Assembly (NCBI GenBank): GCA_043228905.1
Contig: JBHGNT010000008.1
Span: forward strand, 2,542,001 to 2,606,000
Source: Azolla caroliniana
Lineage: Eukaryota; Plantae; Polypodiophyta
DNA length: 64,000 nucleotides
Direction: 5' to 3'
Numbering within the stretch: position 1 is the stretch's first letter; each line of letters begins with the position of its first letter. The notes under the pieces are model-generated. The model ran no database searches. It was given only the letters and a program-made list of their open reading frames with translations, and was not told where the DNA came from. Positions 1 to 13,000 of this stretch are shown here, in pieces. The translations under genes and the position numbers were made by a program.

Positions 1-1039
1 AATCAACAAGTTTTCTTGCTAGAGAGTTTGGGCATCCTCATGGAGGAGGTGTCCAAATACTCAACATTATTATACTTTTATTCTAGAGATAACAATTTCA
101 ACAAAGTTATGGCCGTGATGGAATGTTACCAGCACCAATGCCAACCTAGATTGAGTCCAAACAATGAATTTATTCCATGTGAGTGAGTACAATAAATAAC
201 ATTAATGGATATGCATGCAAGCATGTTTCCAATTGTAAAAGTGCCCTACCAAAGTCCTAGAGCCAACATCATCGATATTCATTGGTGAAATGTGCTTGAT
301 AGAAGGCGAAGTTGAATGCATAGAAGACAATGCCACAAACATGAAGATGAATGCATAACTTTGAGAAAGTTATATCACTTTTGTAATCTTTCACTTCAAA
401 CTATGTTGTGAGTCGTGACCTCTTTCACTTTGTGGAACTTTTTAAGTCTTACCCTCCCCCACTGAGCACTTGGTGTGCACGAAGCAATGGGAGGCACTTC
501 GAGGGTGGGTGTTCCATGATGGACACTAACTTTGTGAAGCATATATCATCATACATGTTTTGTTAATAATCATTTTCATATTATTATGATTGCCTTAAGA
601 ACAAGCTAAAGTGTTTTTCTACCCTTGAACCATGGATATTAAATTCATATTTTGGGTTGATGACAACCACAAATTTCTTAAAATATTAAACCCTACACTA
701 AACCCACTTGGTAAGACAACCCATACCCTTACACTTTATTGCAAAGCACAACCTTCACATCCAAAGCAACCAGACTGTCAATTTGGAATTTTATCAGTTT
801 CTCAAGATTCGCTTGTTCATAAAAACATGACGACATGTTACATCAAAATGGTGGGGACTCCTAAAACTCCCCTATATGATGCATAAGACAAGACTTTCAA
901 ATTGTGCCTCATGGCTTTTTTCCACACACAAGATGCACGTGCATTATTTGTATAGTGGGTCGGCAAGTGTATCAACTTTCTCACGGATTTCAACGAAGTG
1001 AGTTGTTAGTCAACAAAATGAAGTAGTGTACACATGTCC

Positions 1040-1480
1040 AAAGCGGTTCGAGTAACCCACTTTCATAATAGTGACATAATTGCCCCAAATGTTCGAGTAA
1101 CCTATTTCTATTAGTGGAATAAAGTGCTCTGAAGTTGGAATAACCTACGCCAATTAGTGGGTTCTAGTGCTTGGAAGCAATAATAACTTATATGAACTAT
1201 TTAGTGGTTTCACGTGCTCGGAGGTCGGAGTAAACTACTTACTTTTACTGGTGGTTTCAAGTGCTTGGAGGTGAGAGTAAACTACTTACTTTTACTAGTG
1301 GTTTCAAGTGGTCTGAAGTCATGGTAAACTACACTTCTATAGGTGGTTTCAAGTGCACGAAAGTTCATGGTAAAGAGGCTCGTTGCACAAACAAAGTGAT
1401 TAAGGTCTCGGATCCCAGAGTAAACCTTCTTCACCTTGTGGCTCTAAAGCAGGTCGAATCGTGGATGAGGGTAAAACCCT
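1040..1480. repeat. Degenerate ~46-bp tandem repeat
   Basis: Recurring GAGTAA(A/C)C(T/C)A..T...TAGTGG..TCAAGTGCT.GGA units, e.g. near-identical copies at ~1228 and ~1274. Boundaries approximate. Confidence 0.55.
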
Positions 1481-1801
1481 AATTCCATCAACCACTCATG
1501 CGGAGTGCTTGAACTTGAACCAAGCTCAATATGAGATAATGCATTTTGGGTTCAAAACCTTGACATAAACCCCACCTTGCCAATTATGGCACAAACATTT
1601 GAAGGAAGGCCTCCTATTTATCTACTCCTGAGGAAAATCTACAAAATAATAGTGAATTCTCATCATTTTTAGCAGAATCAAAAAACAAAAATAAATAAAT
1701 AAAATAAAAAAAATAAAATAAAAAAATCCAGAGCTGTCTATATTGACAATGTCAAAGATTAGTTAAAATTTAATAATAAATAGAAAGAAAATGGAATTTC
1801 A

Positions 1802-1805
1802 AAAA

Positions 1806-1876
<71 letters not shown>
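1802..1876. repeat. (AAAT)n microsatellite
   Basis: Read directly; lies upstream of the LecRK. Confidence 0.95.
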
Positions 1877-2084
1877 ACAAACATAATAGTAAAATTGCAT
1901 AGTTATCCTTTTCTTTTGGTACAGAGAAAGACAGGGGAAGGATAGAAAGACAGAAAAAACAGAGGATTCTTTTCTCCTTCTCCTTCTTCTTCTCCTTCTT
2001 CTTTATGCTCCATTCTTTCCTGCACACATTCCTTCCTTTCCTACCTAGACAGACAGAAGAAAAAACCCACACTTACTGCTAGGT

Positions 2085-4139
2085 ATGGACATGAATCTTA
2101 AGCATATGCCCCTTCTTCTTCTTCTTCTTCTTCTTCTCCTTCTTCTTGTGTTTACCTCCATAGCTGCTCGAGCAGAGGAACTGGAATTTGAGCATGCAGT
2201 CTTTGACAACAGCAACATAGCAGATCTGATCCTTGTGGTGGAGGATCCATGGTACCAAGGACAAGTGGTCTCCTACTCCAACTCAATAATCTGGCTAACC
2301 CCTGACCCAACCACAGCAAACCCTAAGGTGAACGACACGATCGGGAACCTCGGACGGATGGTGTACAAGGATCCTTTCACACTCTCCCCGACCGCCTCCT
2401 TCTCCACCTCCTTCACCTTCCAGATCGTGACGAATGCCTCGGTGTCGGGCAGCGGGATGGCCTTCTTCCTCTCCAATTCCTCGGTGGCCCCGCCGTATAG
2501 CCAGGCAGGTGCCCTAGGCCTAGTGACATACCAGAACACCACCAACACTAACCAGACCATAGCCGATCCGCCATACCCTTTCTTCGCCATCGAGTTCGAT
2601 ACCTCCCTAAGCCTCCTCTACAAGGACCCTAGCCTGAGCCACATCGGTATAGACATAAACTCGCTAGTCTCAGCCAATTATACCGACACGAATGACACCT
2701 CCTCGCCTCTCTTCCTCTACAACAACTACACCTTCACCACTTGGGTCGAGTACACCTCCTCTTCGAACCTTATCCAGGTATGGATGACCAACATCTCGGA
2801 CCCCGAAAACCCCCCTCCCCGCCCTCTCGATCCTATCCTTCATTACACTTACAACATCTCCAGCCTCTTCCACCAGCCTGTCTATGCCGGCTTCTCCTCC
2901 ACGAACCTCTTCGGCTTCGGGAATCTGGAGGGCTTGGCCTTGTATGCATGGAATTTCAGCATGACTGACCCAAATTCGGCCTCTTCCCCTCCATCCTTGA
3001 TGGTACTTGCGATCGCCTTACCTATTGCTCTCTTGCTTCTAGTCCTAGTTGTGATCTTCATTGTTTACCGGATGGTCTGGCGCGCCCGGCGGGAATCGGT
3101 GCAACATCTCGCCTCGCTGAAAATGACCAATTTCGCAGCCGATACCCAAGCCTTTCTGCTACGCTACCGATACAAAGAGCTTAAAAAAGCCGCTGCCGGC
3201 TTCTCGGAGGCCAACAAGATCGGCGAGGGTGGGTATAGTAGTGTCTATCTCGCAAAGCTACCCAATGGCTCCTTGTTTGCCCTCAAGAGGCTCAAGGATG
3301 GAGTGAAGAAAGAGCAAGATTTCGTGTCCGAGATCGAGATCATCAGCACTCTCCGCCATCGCAACTTGCTGGCATTGGAAGGATGGTGCTACGAGAAAGG
3401 CGAGGCATTGCTGCTCTACAAGTACTTGAGCAAAGGAAGCTTGGACCAGTACATCTTCGGGAAGAAGAAAGGGTCACTCGACACGGGTGTGAAATCGAAG
3501 ATACTTTCGGGGATCGCGGCCGGATTGGAGTATCTACACACAGGATTGGGGAGTTGCATCTTGCATAGGGACGTGAAGGCCGAGAACGTGTTGTTGACGG
3601 ACGATCTGGAGCCCTTGTTGTGTGATTTCGGCCTCGCGAGGCTCATCTCTCACAACCAAGAGGTGACCCTAACGGCCGTGGGCACGCCGGGGTATGTGGC
3701 CCCGGAGCTCGTGTACACGGGGAGGGGCACGGACAAGGCGGATGTGTATAGCTTCGGGGTGCTTGCATTGGCAGTCGCGTGTGGCCGCCGGCCCATCGAT
3801 CCGTCTCTAGAGCAACGAGAGCAACGGCTAATCGATTGGGTATGGCTTCTCCACCAAGAAGATAAGATCATGGAGGCCCTTGATTCTAGCATTGTACCCA
3901 CCCATGAATGGGCATGTGTGTTACACCTTGGTCTCACATGTTGTCATCCCAATCCCGATGGCCGCCCCACGATGAGACAAGTCATCCAAGTGTTGGAAGA
4001 GAAGACATTGTTGACACTACCCAACACTACGCCGACATATCCGATGTCCTCTGCTTGGAGCCAACTCAGTATCATATCTATGTCTCAATCTCAGTCTTCT
4101 TTACCGCCGGATTTGTCTTCCACAGACACAAGTCATTGA
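2085..4139 (+). CDS. L-type (legume) lectin receptor-like kinase, single exon, 684 aa
   Basis: Poly-Leu signal peptide encoded by (CTT)n; legume-lectin motifs FSTSFTF, FAIEFDT, HIGIDINS; TM helix; kinase motifs IGEGGY, HRDVKAEN, DFG, GTPGYVAPE. Confidence 0.95.
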   Translation: MDMNLKHMPLLLLLLLLLLLLVFTSIAARAEELEFEHAVFDNSNIADLILVVEDPWYQGQVVSYSNSIIWLTPDPTTANPKVNDTIGNLGRMVYKDPFTLSPTASFSTSFTFQIVTNASVSGSGMAFFLSNSSVAPPYSQAGALGLVTYQNTTNTNQTIADPPYPFFAIEFDTSLSLLYKDPSLSHIGIDINSLVSANYTDTNDTSSPLFLYNNYTFTTWVEYTSSSNLIQVWMTNISDPENPPPRPLDPILHYTYNISSLFHQPVYAGFSSTNLFGFGNLEGLALYAWNFSMTDPNSASSPPSLMVLAIALPIALLLLVLVVIFIVYRMVWRARRESVQHLASLKMTNFAADTQAFLLRYRYKELKKAAAGFSEANKIGEGGYSSVYLAKLPNGSLFALKRLKDGVKKEQDFVSEIEIISTLRHRNLLALEGWCYEKGEALLLYKYLSKGSLDQYIFGKKKGSLDTGVKSKILSGIAAGLEYLHTGLGSCILHRDVKAENVLLTDDLEPLLCDFGLARLISHNQEVTLTAVGTPGYVAPELVYTGRGTDKADVYSFGVLALAVACGRRPIDPSLEQREQRLIDWVWLLHQEDKIMEALDSSIVPTHEWACVLHLGLTCCHPNPDGRPTMRQVIQVLEEKTLLTLPNTTPTYPMSSAWSQLSIISMSQSQSSLPPDLSSTDTSH

Positions 4140-4308
4140 ATTGAATCATCATGATTCAGCATCATCATCATCAACATCTTCTTCTTCAAGCAAACTCATA
4201 ATTTGGACCCCTTTTTAAACAACAAAGTGTACATAAAAGGCATTATTCTTTTGTCGGCCTCATTCATACCCATTTATATAAAAGTTTAATACAAGATTTT
4301 GCCCATTG

Positions 4309-4608
4309 CCCATCCTTCATTCTTGAGAATAACCTTTTGTTTCTTTAGAGCTCTCCTTTGCATACGGAAATGAAAAAATGTAAACCATCCATCCTTCATT
4401 CTTGAGAATAACCTTTTGTTTCTTTAGAGCTCTGCATTGCATAAGGAAATGAAAAAAATGTAAACCATCCATCCTTCATTCTTGAGAATAACCTTTTGTT
4501 TCTTTAGAGCTCTCCTTTGCATAAGGAAATGAAAAAATGTAAACCATCCATCCTTCATTCTTGAGAATAACCTTTTGTTTCTTTAGAGCTCTGCTTTGCA
4601 TAAGGAAT
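4309..4608. repeat. ~80-bp tandem repeat, about 4 copies
   Basis: Unit CCATCCTTCATTCTTGAGAATAACCTTTTGTTTCTTTAGAGCTCT...GGAAATGAAAAAATGTAAA is repeated almost identically just 3' of the LecRK. Confidence 0.9.
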
Positions 4609-5991
4609 AATTTATGTAAAGAGGATTTTGAGCATACTGGTGATGAACGAGGAAGGGTATACGAAATTAGGACAAGAATATGGACACAATGAGAACGACA
4701 TGTTTTACGACATATACGCATACTAGACAAGGATGTGGCGGGTCTAGAGGTAAGGTAAGGGGGAAGCTTGGCCTCGTATAACAGGATGAGGATTTTCGAG
4801 AGAGGTAAACGGAGATGGTATGTGATAATCCATTCAAAACACATGTTTAAGAGTATGTGGTAATCCGTTCAAAACACATGTTTATGAAATAAATGACTGT
4901 TTGATTGTAGCAAAAGAGTTGGATGGCTTGGTTTTATATAGAGAGATCTCAATAGGATGACAAGGTTGTAGGAAAAAAATGTCTTAGGTTAGAGGCCAAA
5001 TTAAAGAAGGCCAAAATTAAGCTTCTTTTGCATGTCCCCAAGTTCACATGACACAAGAAGATGGTTGTCCTTCGGACTGAGAGGTGTGGTAGAAGATGTC
5101 CCCAAATCTAGAATGCCACCTCATCATTCTATAGGATGAATTCAGGGGGCATGGTGAAACCTTATGTCCTAATGTCATGTATACACACAACTATATTGAA
5201 AATGATCACATGATAGCATTTCACTAAATTAGATGGAACATTTAGCTATCACCTTCACTAGGTTGAATATGGCAAACTTCGAAGTTTTAATAATGAAATG
5301 TTATGATTCCTAGCTACAATGTTTTCCAAGATCACATAACATGACAAGAACCAACACAAGCTATTTTCTTAATGAAAAAAGGTCTGAAATCAATTCAAAA
5401 TATGATAAATGGTCTATGTCACAAGCTAAGTTCCAATGACATAGCATGTCCTTATAATCTTGGCCTACATCATTGACCCGTATGTATTGTACTCACATTA
5501 ATAGTTGTTCCTTGTCTCAACAAAGATTACAAAACTCACAATTAAATTTTGAAGAAAGGCAATAATGTAGTTCTGATGGATAAGGTCAAAACACATTTAG
5601 TGTGTATATTGCATAACCATCATCCTAGTTTGAAGAATGTGTGAGACTTGAGTGCCTTGTGGCCCTTACACAAATCATGTTCTTGATGGAAAAACAAGCT
5701 TATGGGTACATGAAACTCTAGTTTTCCATTCAAACGAAGAGCATTCATGTAGAGATGCTTATTGTGTGTCCTGTGATGGGTTGAAACGTTAGAGTAGAAA
5801 GATAGCTTCATTGCAATGTACATTATGTGATGGAAACTTGGAAACAAAATTTGCACTTCCTATAGACCTGTTCCAAAGAATCATGATATATTTGTAGTGG
5901 GAAAGAGAAGAGAGAGTGATGAACAATACATTGGATTTATAAAATATGATGTATGAGCTACACATGAGTCAAGATAAGATAAACTAGGAAG

Positions 5992-6205
5992 CAAAGGTAA
6001 CAAATAACATTAACCCAACTATGAATCAAAGGTAACAAATAACAGTAACCCAACTATGAATCAAAGGTAAGAAATAACATTAAATCACCTATGAACCAAA
6101 GCTAACAAATAACATTAAATCAACTATGAACCAAAGGTAACAAACAACATTAAATCAAATTGAAGTAAAGGTAAGAAATAACTAAATAAACTATGAATCA
6201 AAGGT
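5992..6205. repeat. ~35-bp minisatellite, about 6 copies
   Basis: Unit CAAAGGTAACAAATAACATTAA(C/A)(C/T)CAACTATGAA(T/C). Confidence 0.85.
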
Positions 6206-8047
6206 TATATTAAACTGCAAATACAAGAGGGCGAGGGGTTGGCCTTTATACAACTATCTGCATCCGTGTATTAAGCATGAATCCACATGCATTGATGGGG
6301 ACATTGAAAATATCCACTTCATTCAATGCAAGGTATCTCCCATACATTTACAATAAGGGTGGACTTTAGACACATTTGCAACAAGGAGTCTGTGTTCATG
6401 TACAAATAAGTGTGGTTAAGCTTAGTTACCATTAAAACATTCTTACAAAGAATTAAGTGCATCTCTTTAACTCAAATTCATAGGGCAAAGGCTTGGAAAA
6501 ATCTTTTGGCTGATTGGACAGATTTGCACAACCTATCAACCAATGCATATACCCTCCGATGAACAAGATTTTTTGGTACTTTGAACCATTTTGATGACCT
6601 CCATTGGGTAATGTCCAATCAATTGTGAGAAGTACCAAAAATCAATTGTGGGTAATGTTTAGCTTCTTCAAGCAATCTCTTTGACAATCTCCATTTGATT
6701 GTCTACAACTCAAGGACATTCCACTTCAGACTGACACTCTTCATTTTAAGTGCTTCTAAGCACTCTAGATTCGAATTCACAGCTTGTACATTGCTCTTTA
6801 TTGTGGATTTTCATCTCATCTTGAAGTTTCCCACTAGCAATATTTTACTAAAGTAGTATGATTAAGATCTTGTGGAGAGACATTTTGGATCCTTGGACAA
6901 TTAAACAAGACCCATCTTGACGTCCAACACATATCTATGGTGCTATGCTATGTATGACCAACCATTGCATCTCCACAAGGAAGGAAAGAAAATACCGAAG
7001 TGTTGAAAGTGTGCCAAAGATATCAATACACATGCAACAAATTGCAAAATCAATCAAATGCCATTCATTCAAATCCATTGAGCTAGAGAGCAATGCAACA
7101 ATTGATGAGGAGTAGTTTCGATACACATTTGGTGCAAAAGCAACAATTTGTATGCATTGTAACATGCCTCCCTCCACCCCCAATGATGTGTAAGGAAAAC
7201 GTTCATTACAAGATCTAGAATCAACCACTTTAGAGAACAATTAATTATCCCAATGCTTCATTCAACATATGCAGGAAGTTTGCTAAACTTATGATTACTC
7301 CATGTCTGTTTTTAGCAATCCCGATAATTTGGTCATGAATGTAAGTAGTTGTTTTAGTGAAACTAAACCTTGATGACTCAAAGATGAAGAAGATCTTGTT
7401 GGAATAATTACCATTTGTTTAAAGAAATGTTATCAAATTTGAGTTATGGAACATGTAACCATCCTTCATGGGACCATTCATAAATGAATGACTTACTCTT
7501 TTGAAGGTGTGATCTCTCTAAGAATATTTCCAAATTGTGCAATCCTTCATCAACTTTGTGGTCTCTAATACACAATAAGAACTCCATACATTTTGTTCCA
7601 TGGGCAGGACTGAGGAGAAATAATAAGAATCCACTTCCATGCCTTACAAGTGACTAACATGATTTATGGAATGCAACCAAACAAACAAAAATCCATTGCA
7701 ATAAGCATGATTTACATAAACATACAGCAAAAACAACTACATACATCTGAAATAAAGATGGTATATATATATCACCACAAAGTCTATATGCGATAGTCAT
7801 AGTTTATAATATATATCATAACATCAGAATGACTACATGTGCAATTAGCATGGTTGCAAAGATACACACAAATTGACCACATATGTAATGAACATGGTTG
7901 GCATCATAAGTTATAACAAATTACAACATCAGAAAATTAGTGCCAAGAGCAACCACCAGATTGTGTTTCATTAAATCAAATGAAATCTAGATGAGATAAA
8001 TCAAGACTGTCAAGGCCATCCATAGCCATCACATACATACTGATACA

Positions 8048-8105
8048 TGTACATACATACATACATACATACATACATACATACATACATACATACATAC
8101 ATGCA

Positions 8106-8138
<33 letters not shown>
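8048..8138. repeat. (TACA)n and (TA)n microsatellites
   Basis: Read directly. Confidence 0.9.
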
Positions 8139-8140
<2 letters not shown>

Positions 8141-8244
8141 ATGTGTAAGCATATATATGTGTCAATTTTATTGATGTGGATGTGCCTCTCTGATCTCATA
8201 CATACCATATATGTATGTGTGTATGTGAGAGCTTCTCTCTTAGA

Positions 8245-8655
8245 TCAGAACCAGCCATAGCTTTCATCAAAGTCATTAGAGAGAACAGAGAGATCGAGCA
8301 CTTGCGCGGGGCCGATCCACATGGCATTGATCGTGTGGTCATCGAGGGGGTATCCGGTGTTGGGATGGACAAGGACGGAGAAGGACCGTCGGTGTAATTG
8401 GATCCACGGCACGAAGGCGGCGAACTGCGCGGGCGTCTTGAGGTTGATCTCGAAGTTCCCGATGCCATGAGGGCCGATGGGATCGGCCCAAAACTTGACA
8501 AGAAGATGAGGGAAGGTTTCTTTGATTTGTGAGTGTAAGGATCGGGCCTCGGCGGCCATGGATTTGTTGCTTTGGAAGAAGTAGACGTGCACATCATAAG
8601 ACCTCACATGGGGAGCTTCGAACCTACTATGCATCTCCTGGCCTTGGGGTTCCAT
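8245..8655 (-). CDS. DOPA 4,5-dioxygenase-family protein (fungal/bacterial DOPA_dioxygen type), ~136 aa, intronless CDS
   Basis: Motifs YDVHVYF, PIGPH, FAAFVPWIQLHR, SVLVHPNTG, DHT..AMWIG..LDLS match the Amanita-DODA/bacterial family. ATG at 8655; the ORF track starts at TTG 8658. Confidence 0.85.
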   Translation of the reverse strand: MEPQGQEMHSRFEAPHVRSYDVHVYFFQSNKSMAAEARSLHSQIKETFPHLLVKFWADPIGPHGIGNFEINLKTPAQFAAFVPWIQLHRRSFSVLVHPNTGYPLDDHTINAMWIGPAQVLDLSVLSNDFDESYGWF

Positions 8656-10023
8656 CAAGGAGCAGCAGCTGCAGAAGAAGAAGAAGAAGAAGAAGAAGAA
8701 GAAGAAGATGATGATGATGATTTGACAATTCAGAACTCTGATAGAACTTTATTCCATGAAGAAGAAAGAAGAAGAAGAAGAAGATTATGATGATGATATG
8801 CTTGAGAATTCAGAACTCTGATATAACTTTGCGTTCTAAATTCCCTAATGTAGCTAACAAAAATAATCCTCTAGAGAATGATCTTTGTTGTAAAAACCTA
8901 TACAACTTTACGGTGATGGGTTCGAATCCAAATCCAAACAACTATATTGCATTGTAATTTGTGAGTATAGGCAAATGTGTCGAGTTCCAAAGGAACAATA
9001 TTCTTAGTGGGCATCAATTTGTATGCCCGGTAGTAAGTCAATGAACACTTGATTTTAGGGTACCTAAACTTGTCCATGTATTAGGACAATTGTTTTCGTT
9101 GTGCATAAACTTAAAACTTGAAGAACTTTCGTGGCGAGTGTTGCATTGAAGCCTCAACTCTTGATTTGAAACCACAATTTCGGGTAGGTATTTTTTTTGC
9201 TAGCATCCCAAGTTTGGATTGGTAGGTGTATATTTCCCTTCAAATCCCTTGTTTTTATCAATGTCCTAATTTGATGGATGAGACCCTCTAATTTGATGGG
9301 TCTCACCCCCCTCATTTCAAGTTAAGATGCATAATGAAGTATGATGCGGTTCAACTCCACCTTGTTGTGGCATCATATAAACATTTTTGTACCTTCTCAA
9401 TGCATTCCCTAAAGTACCAATATGTTAAAATGTATGAACTTTGTCTATGATCTTCTAAGTTTATCAATATTGTATGTGGATTCAATGATGTGATAGCTTG
9501 CCCAAAACATTTTCAACCAAGGATCAAGCAAAGGTAGGGATTTGTTTGGACCTACAAGTAGACAACCATCAAATATACATGGATACGTTCAATTGAGAAT
9601 TAAGGCTCATATCTTAAGTTTAGGTTAGACTAGTCACTAAATTTCTTCAATAAACTCAAAAGGTGGAAACCAATGAAAAATGAGCTTTTCTCATGGTTTG
9701 GGTCCTCATCCTACAAGCCACTATGTAGTGAATTCAACTTCCACTCCAAAGTGGTTATGAGTGGTCACCATTTCATGAATTTACTTTAGTGATTCAGACC
9801 ATTATACTATATGCATTCATGTTCCTTGTTTCTCGTTTATTAAATCTATTTGGCCCATTATTTAATGTATGGTCACTATATCCAAGCATTCTTAAGAAAG
9901 GTTTGTGAACACTTCTTCCTTGTTATGAATCCCACCCCCTACAAGTTATCATCTCCATATATCTATTAAGGGGTAAAAAAGGCTACAAGTAATCCTTGGT
10001 AATGAATCATTCTAACACGATTT

Positions 10024-13000
10024 CTAATCCCCCCAAGAACAATTTCCATTCATTACAAAAGGAAAACAATTGGAATCTTTACATATGATAACTCTCTCCT
10101 TCAGACTCGACACTTGGGACGAGGCCTCATGGCATTCAATAGAAAGCTTGGAATTCTTTATCAATTGAATTGACGATTGTTTAGGTGTACTTTCTAGTCC
10201 AAACTGGGACGATGGACTCTCAATATTTTGACATGATGTGGTATCCTTATCGAACATCCCTACCTTAATGGCATTAGGAGACATTGTGCATTCTTCTTTA
10301 TCTTCACCTAAAGATTGCTTACAGTTTCCATCAATCTCAATCCAGTTCATTTCATGGCCTTTCAACTTTCTAAGCTCATCCATTTTCATGGGATTGAAAT
10401 TCTTGTTAGATTTCCACATATGACCATCAACATACATGTTGGATATCACTATGAGAGAGGGTGCATTCCTTTGATCCAACCTTGCAATATGCTCAAACGC
10501 TCGACTACCAAGCTCTATATCACCCCACTGGTGGCAGGAGCTCAACACTGTGCTCCAAGTCACAATATCTGGCTCAAATGAATTGCTCTCCAAAATTTCA
10601 AAGAGGTCATTTAGACGTCCCGCCCGGCCAAGGAGATCAACTATGCAGTTATAATGTTCTAAATCTGGACTTATACCATAGTCTTTGCTCATCGCCTTGA
10701 AGTATCTCAGCCCCTCATCTACTAACCCAACATGGCTACATAGGGAGAGGACACTCACAAAAGTGATGCTTTCGGGTTTAATACCTTCGTCTTTCATTCT
10801 CTCCAGCATTGAGAATGCAATATCTATCTCGCCTTGTCGCCCACATCCAGTAATCAATGTGTTCCATGTGACAACATCCTTCGTTGTCATAGAATCGAAA
10901 ACCTCCAATGCATCCCCTATCCTACCACATCTCGAATACATCTCTATTAGAACATTGGCTAAGACAACCTTTACATTTTCGACCCCAGTAGCTCCTTCAA
11001 TTTGAGCATGGATTCGTTTACCCATTTCCAACGATGTAGTAGAGGCACATACTTTCAAAAGGCTCACTAATGTTATGCTATTTGGCAATAACCCTTGATC
11101 TTGCATTTGTCGGTATGTAGTGAAAACACTTTCTTTCTCTCCTTGGTCCGCACATCCAGAGATAACAGTATTCCATGAATATAAATCAGGTAATACCCCA
11201 TCTAATTGCATTTGCGTAAAACACTCAAAAACCTTATCCTCTAGTCTTTGTTCTGCATATCCAATCATCAATGCTGTCCACGATATTACATCTCGAACAA
11301 GCAATTGATCAAATGACTCCTTTGCTTCACGGAATAAGCCACATTTAGCATAAAAATCCACCAACGAGCTACCTACTAATGCATCCTTCTCTAACCCAAG
11401 TTTCACAATGTCAATATGAATTCCTAGACCTTCTGCCCAATGTTTTAAACTTGCCGATGCCTTCAAGCCAAATGCGAAACCGATTGCATCAGGAAGAATT
11501 CCATCCATTTGTATCCTTTTATACAAACTAAGAGCTTCACATGTAAGTCCATGGTCCAAATATCCAGCAATCAATGCAGTCCAAGAGACCACATTTCGGA
11601 CCTGAAGCCCATCAAATACTTCTTGTGCCTCCTCTAGCATATGTGTTTTTGCATACATATCCACCAATGCACTTCCTACAATACCACCATTCTCCATACT
11701 GTCCATGGCTATATCAGCATGCAATTTCCAACCCATTTGGACATTACCCAAATTGGCACATGCTTTTAGACAACAAACATATGTCGCTGCATCAGGACAT
11801 ATATCTTCTTCTGCCATTTGTTGAAGACACTCTAATGCTTCCTCGTTGAATCCATGTTCAACAAAGCCAGAAATTAGTGCCGTCCATGAGACCTTATCTC
11901 TTACTGCAAGTTCATCAAACACATAAAATGCCTCAGTGATTGAACCATATTTTGCATACATGTCCACCAAAGCACACCCAACAAAAGCATCCTTTTCATA
12001 GCTTTCTCTAACAATTTCATCATGCAATTCACGACCCTTTGCAAGAGTTCCTGTGGTGATACAGCATGCTTTTAGACCACAATTGAATGTGTATGCATTC
12101 AGTGGCATATTGGCCTTATGCATCTGCTCTATACAATCCAATGCCTCATTACCAAGACCAGATTCTACATAACCTGAGATTAACGTGCTCCATAAGACAA
12201 CATCTTTCACTTCAAGGTTATCAAATACTGCTCGGGCTTCGAAAAGCAAGCCACATTTCACATACATATCTACCAACATGCTACCAATGAATGGATAATT
12301 ATCCAACTCTTCTTCAACAATTTCGGCATGTAGAGCATAACCTTTCTCTAGAAACCCCAAAGAGCAGCAAGCTTTCAGCCCACAAAGATAAGTAACAGCA
12401 TCAGGTAACACACCCTCGGCTTTCATTTGATCCAGACATTTCAATGCTTCTTCACCACAACCATTATCAACATAACCAACAATGATTGATGTCCAAGAGA
12501 CTGTGTTTTGTGTGGGCAAATGATCAAATACATCTCGAGCCTCATGAATCCGTCCACATTTGGAATACATATCAACCAAATTGCTACCAACGAATAAATC
12601 TTCCTCAAAACCATCGACTATAATGTGGGCATGTACAACATACCCATTATCAATACATTTCGATCTTATACAAGCCTTGATCATAGCAAGAAAAGTGTGT
12701 CTACTAGGGCATACCATATCTAATTGCATATTATTGAACACATCGAAAGCATGCTGACATTCACCACATTCAACATATCCGTGAATGAGAGAAGTCCATG
12801 AATAATGATTCCTATATGGCAATCGACCAAAAACCTCTTCGGCATCAGATATGCTCTTGCAGTCCACATACATAGGGACCAAATAATTGCCAATATCTTT
12901 GTGAGTTTCCATGCCTTTCTCTCTTATGTAGTGATGCACACGTTTGGCATACAAAATGCTACCTTTCCTTCTGCATTTTTGCAAGATAGATATCAAATCT

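Noticed and set aside
5000-7700. Coding genes among the short ORFs, and likewise in 13900-15400 and 60200-64000
   Set aside because: No recognisable motifs or splice-consistent models; probably old TE debris that I cannot classify by eye.
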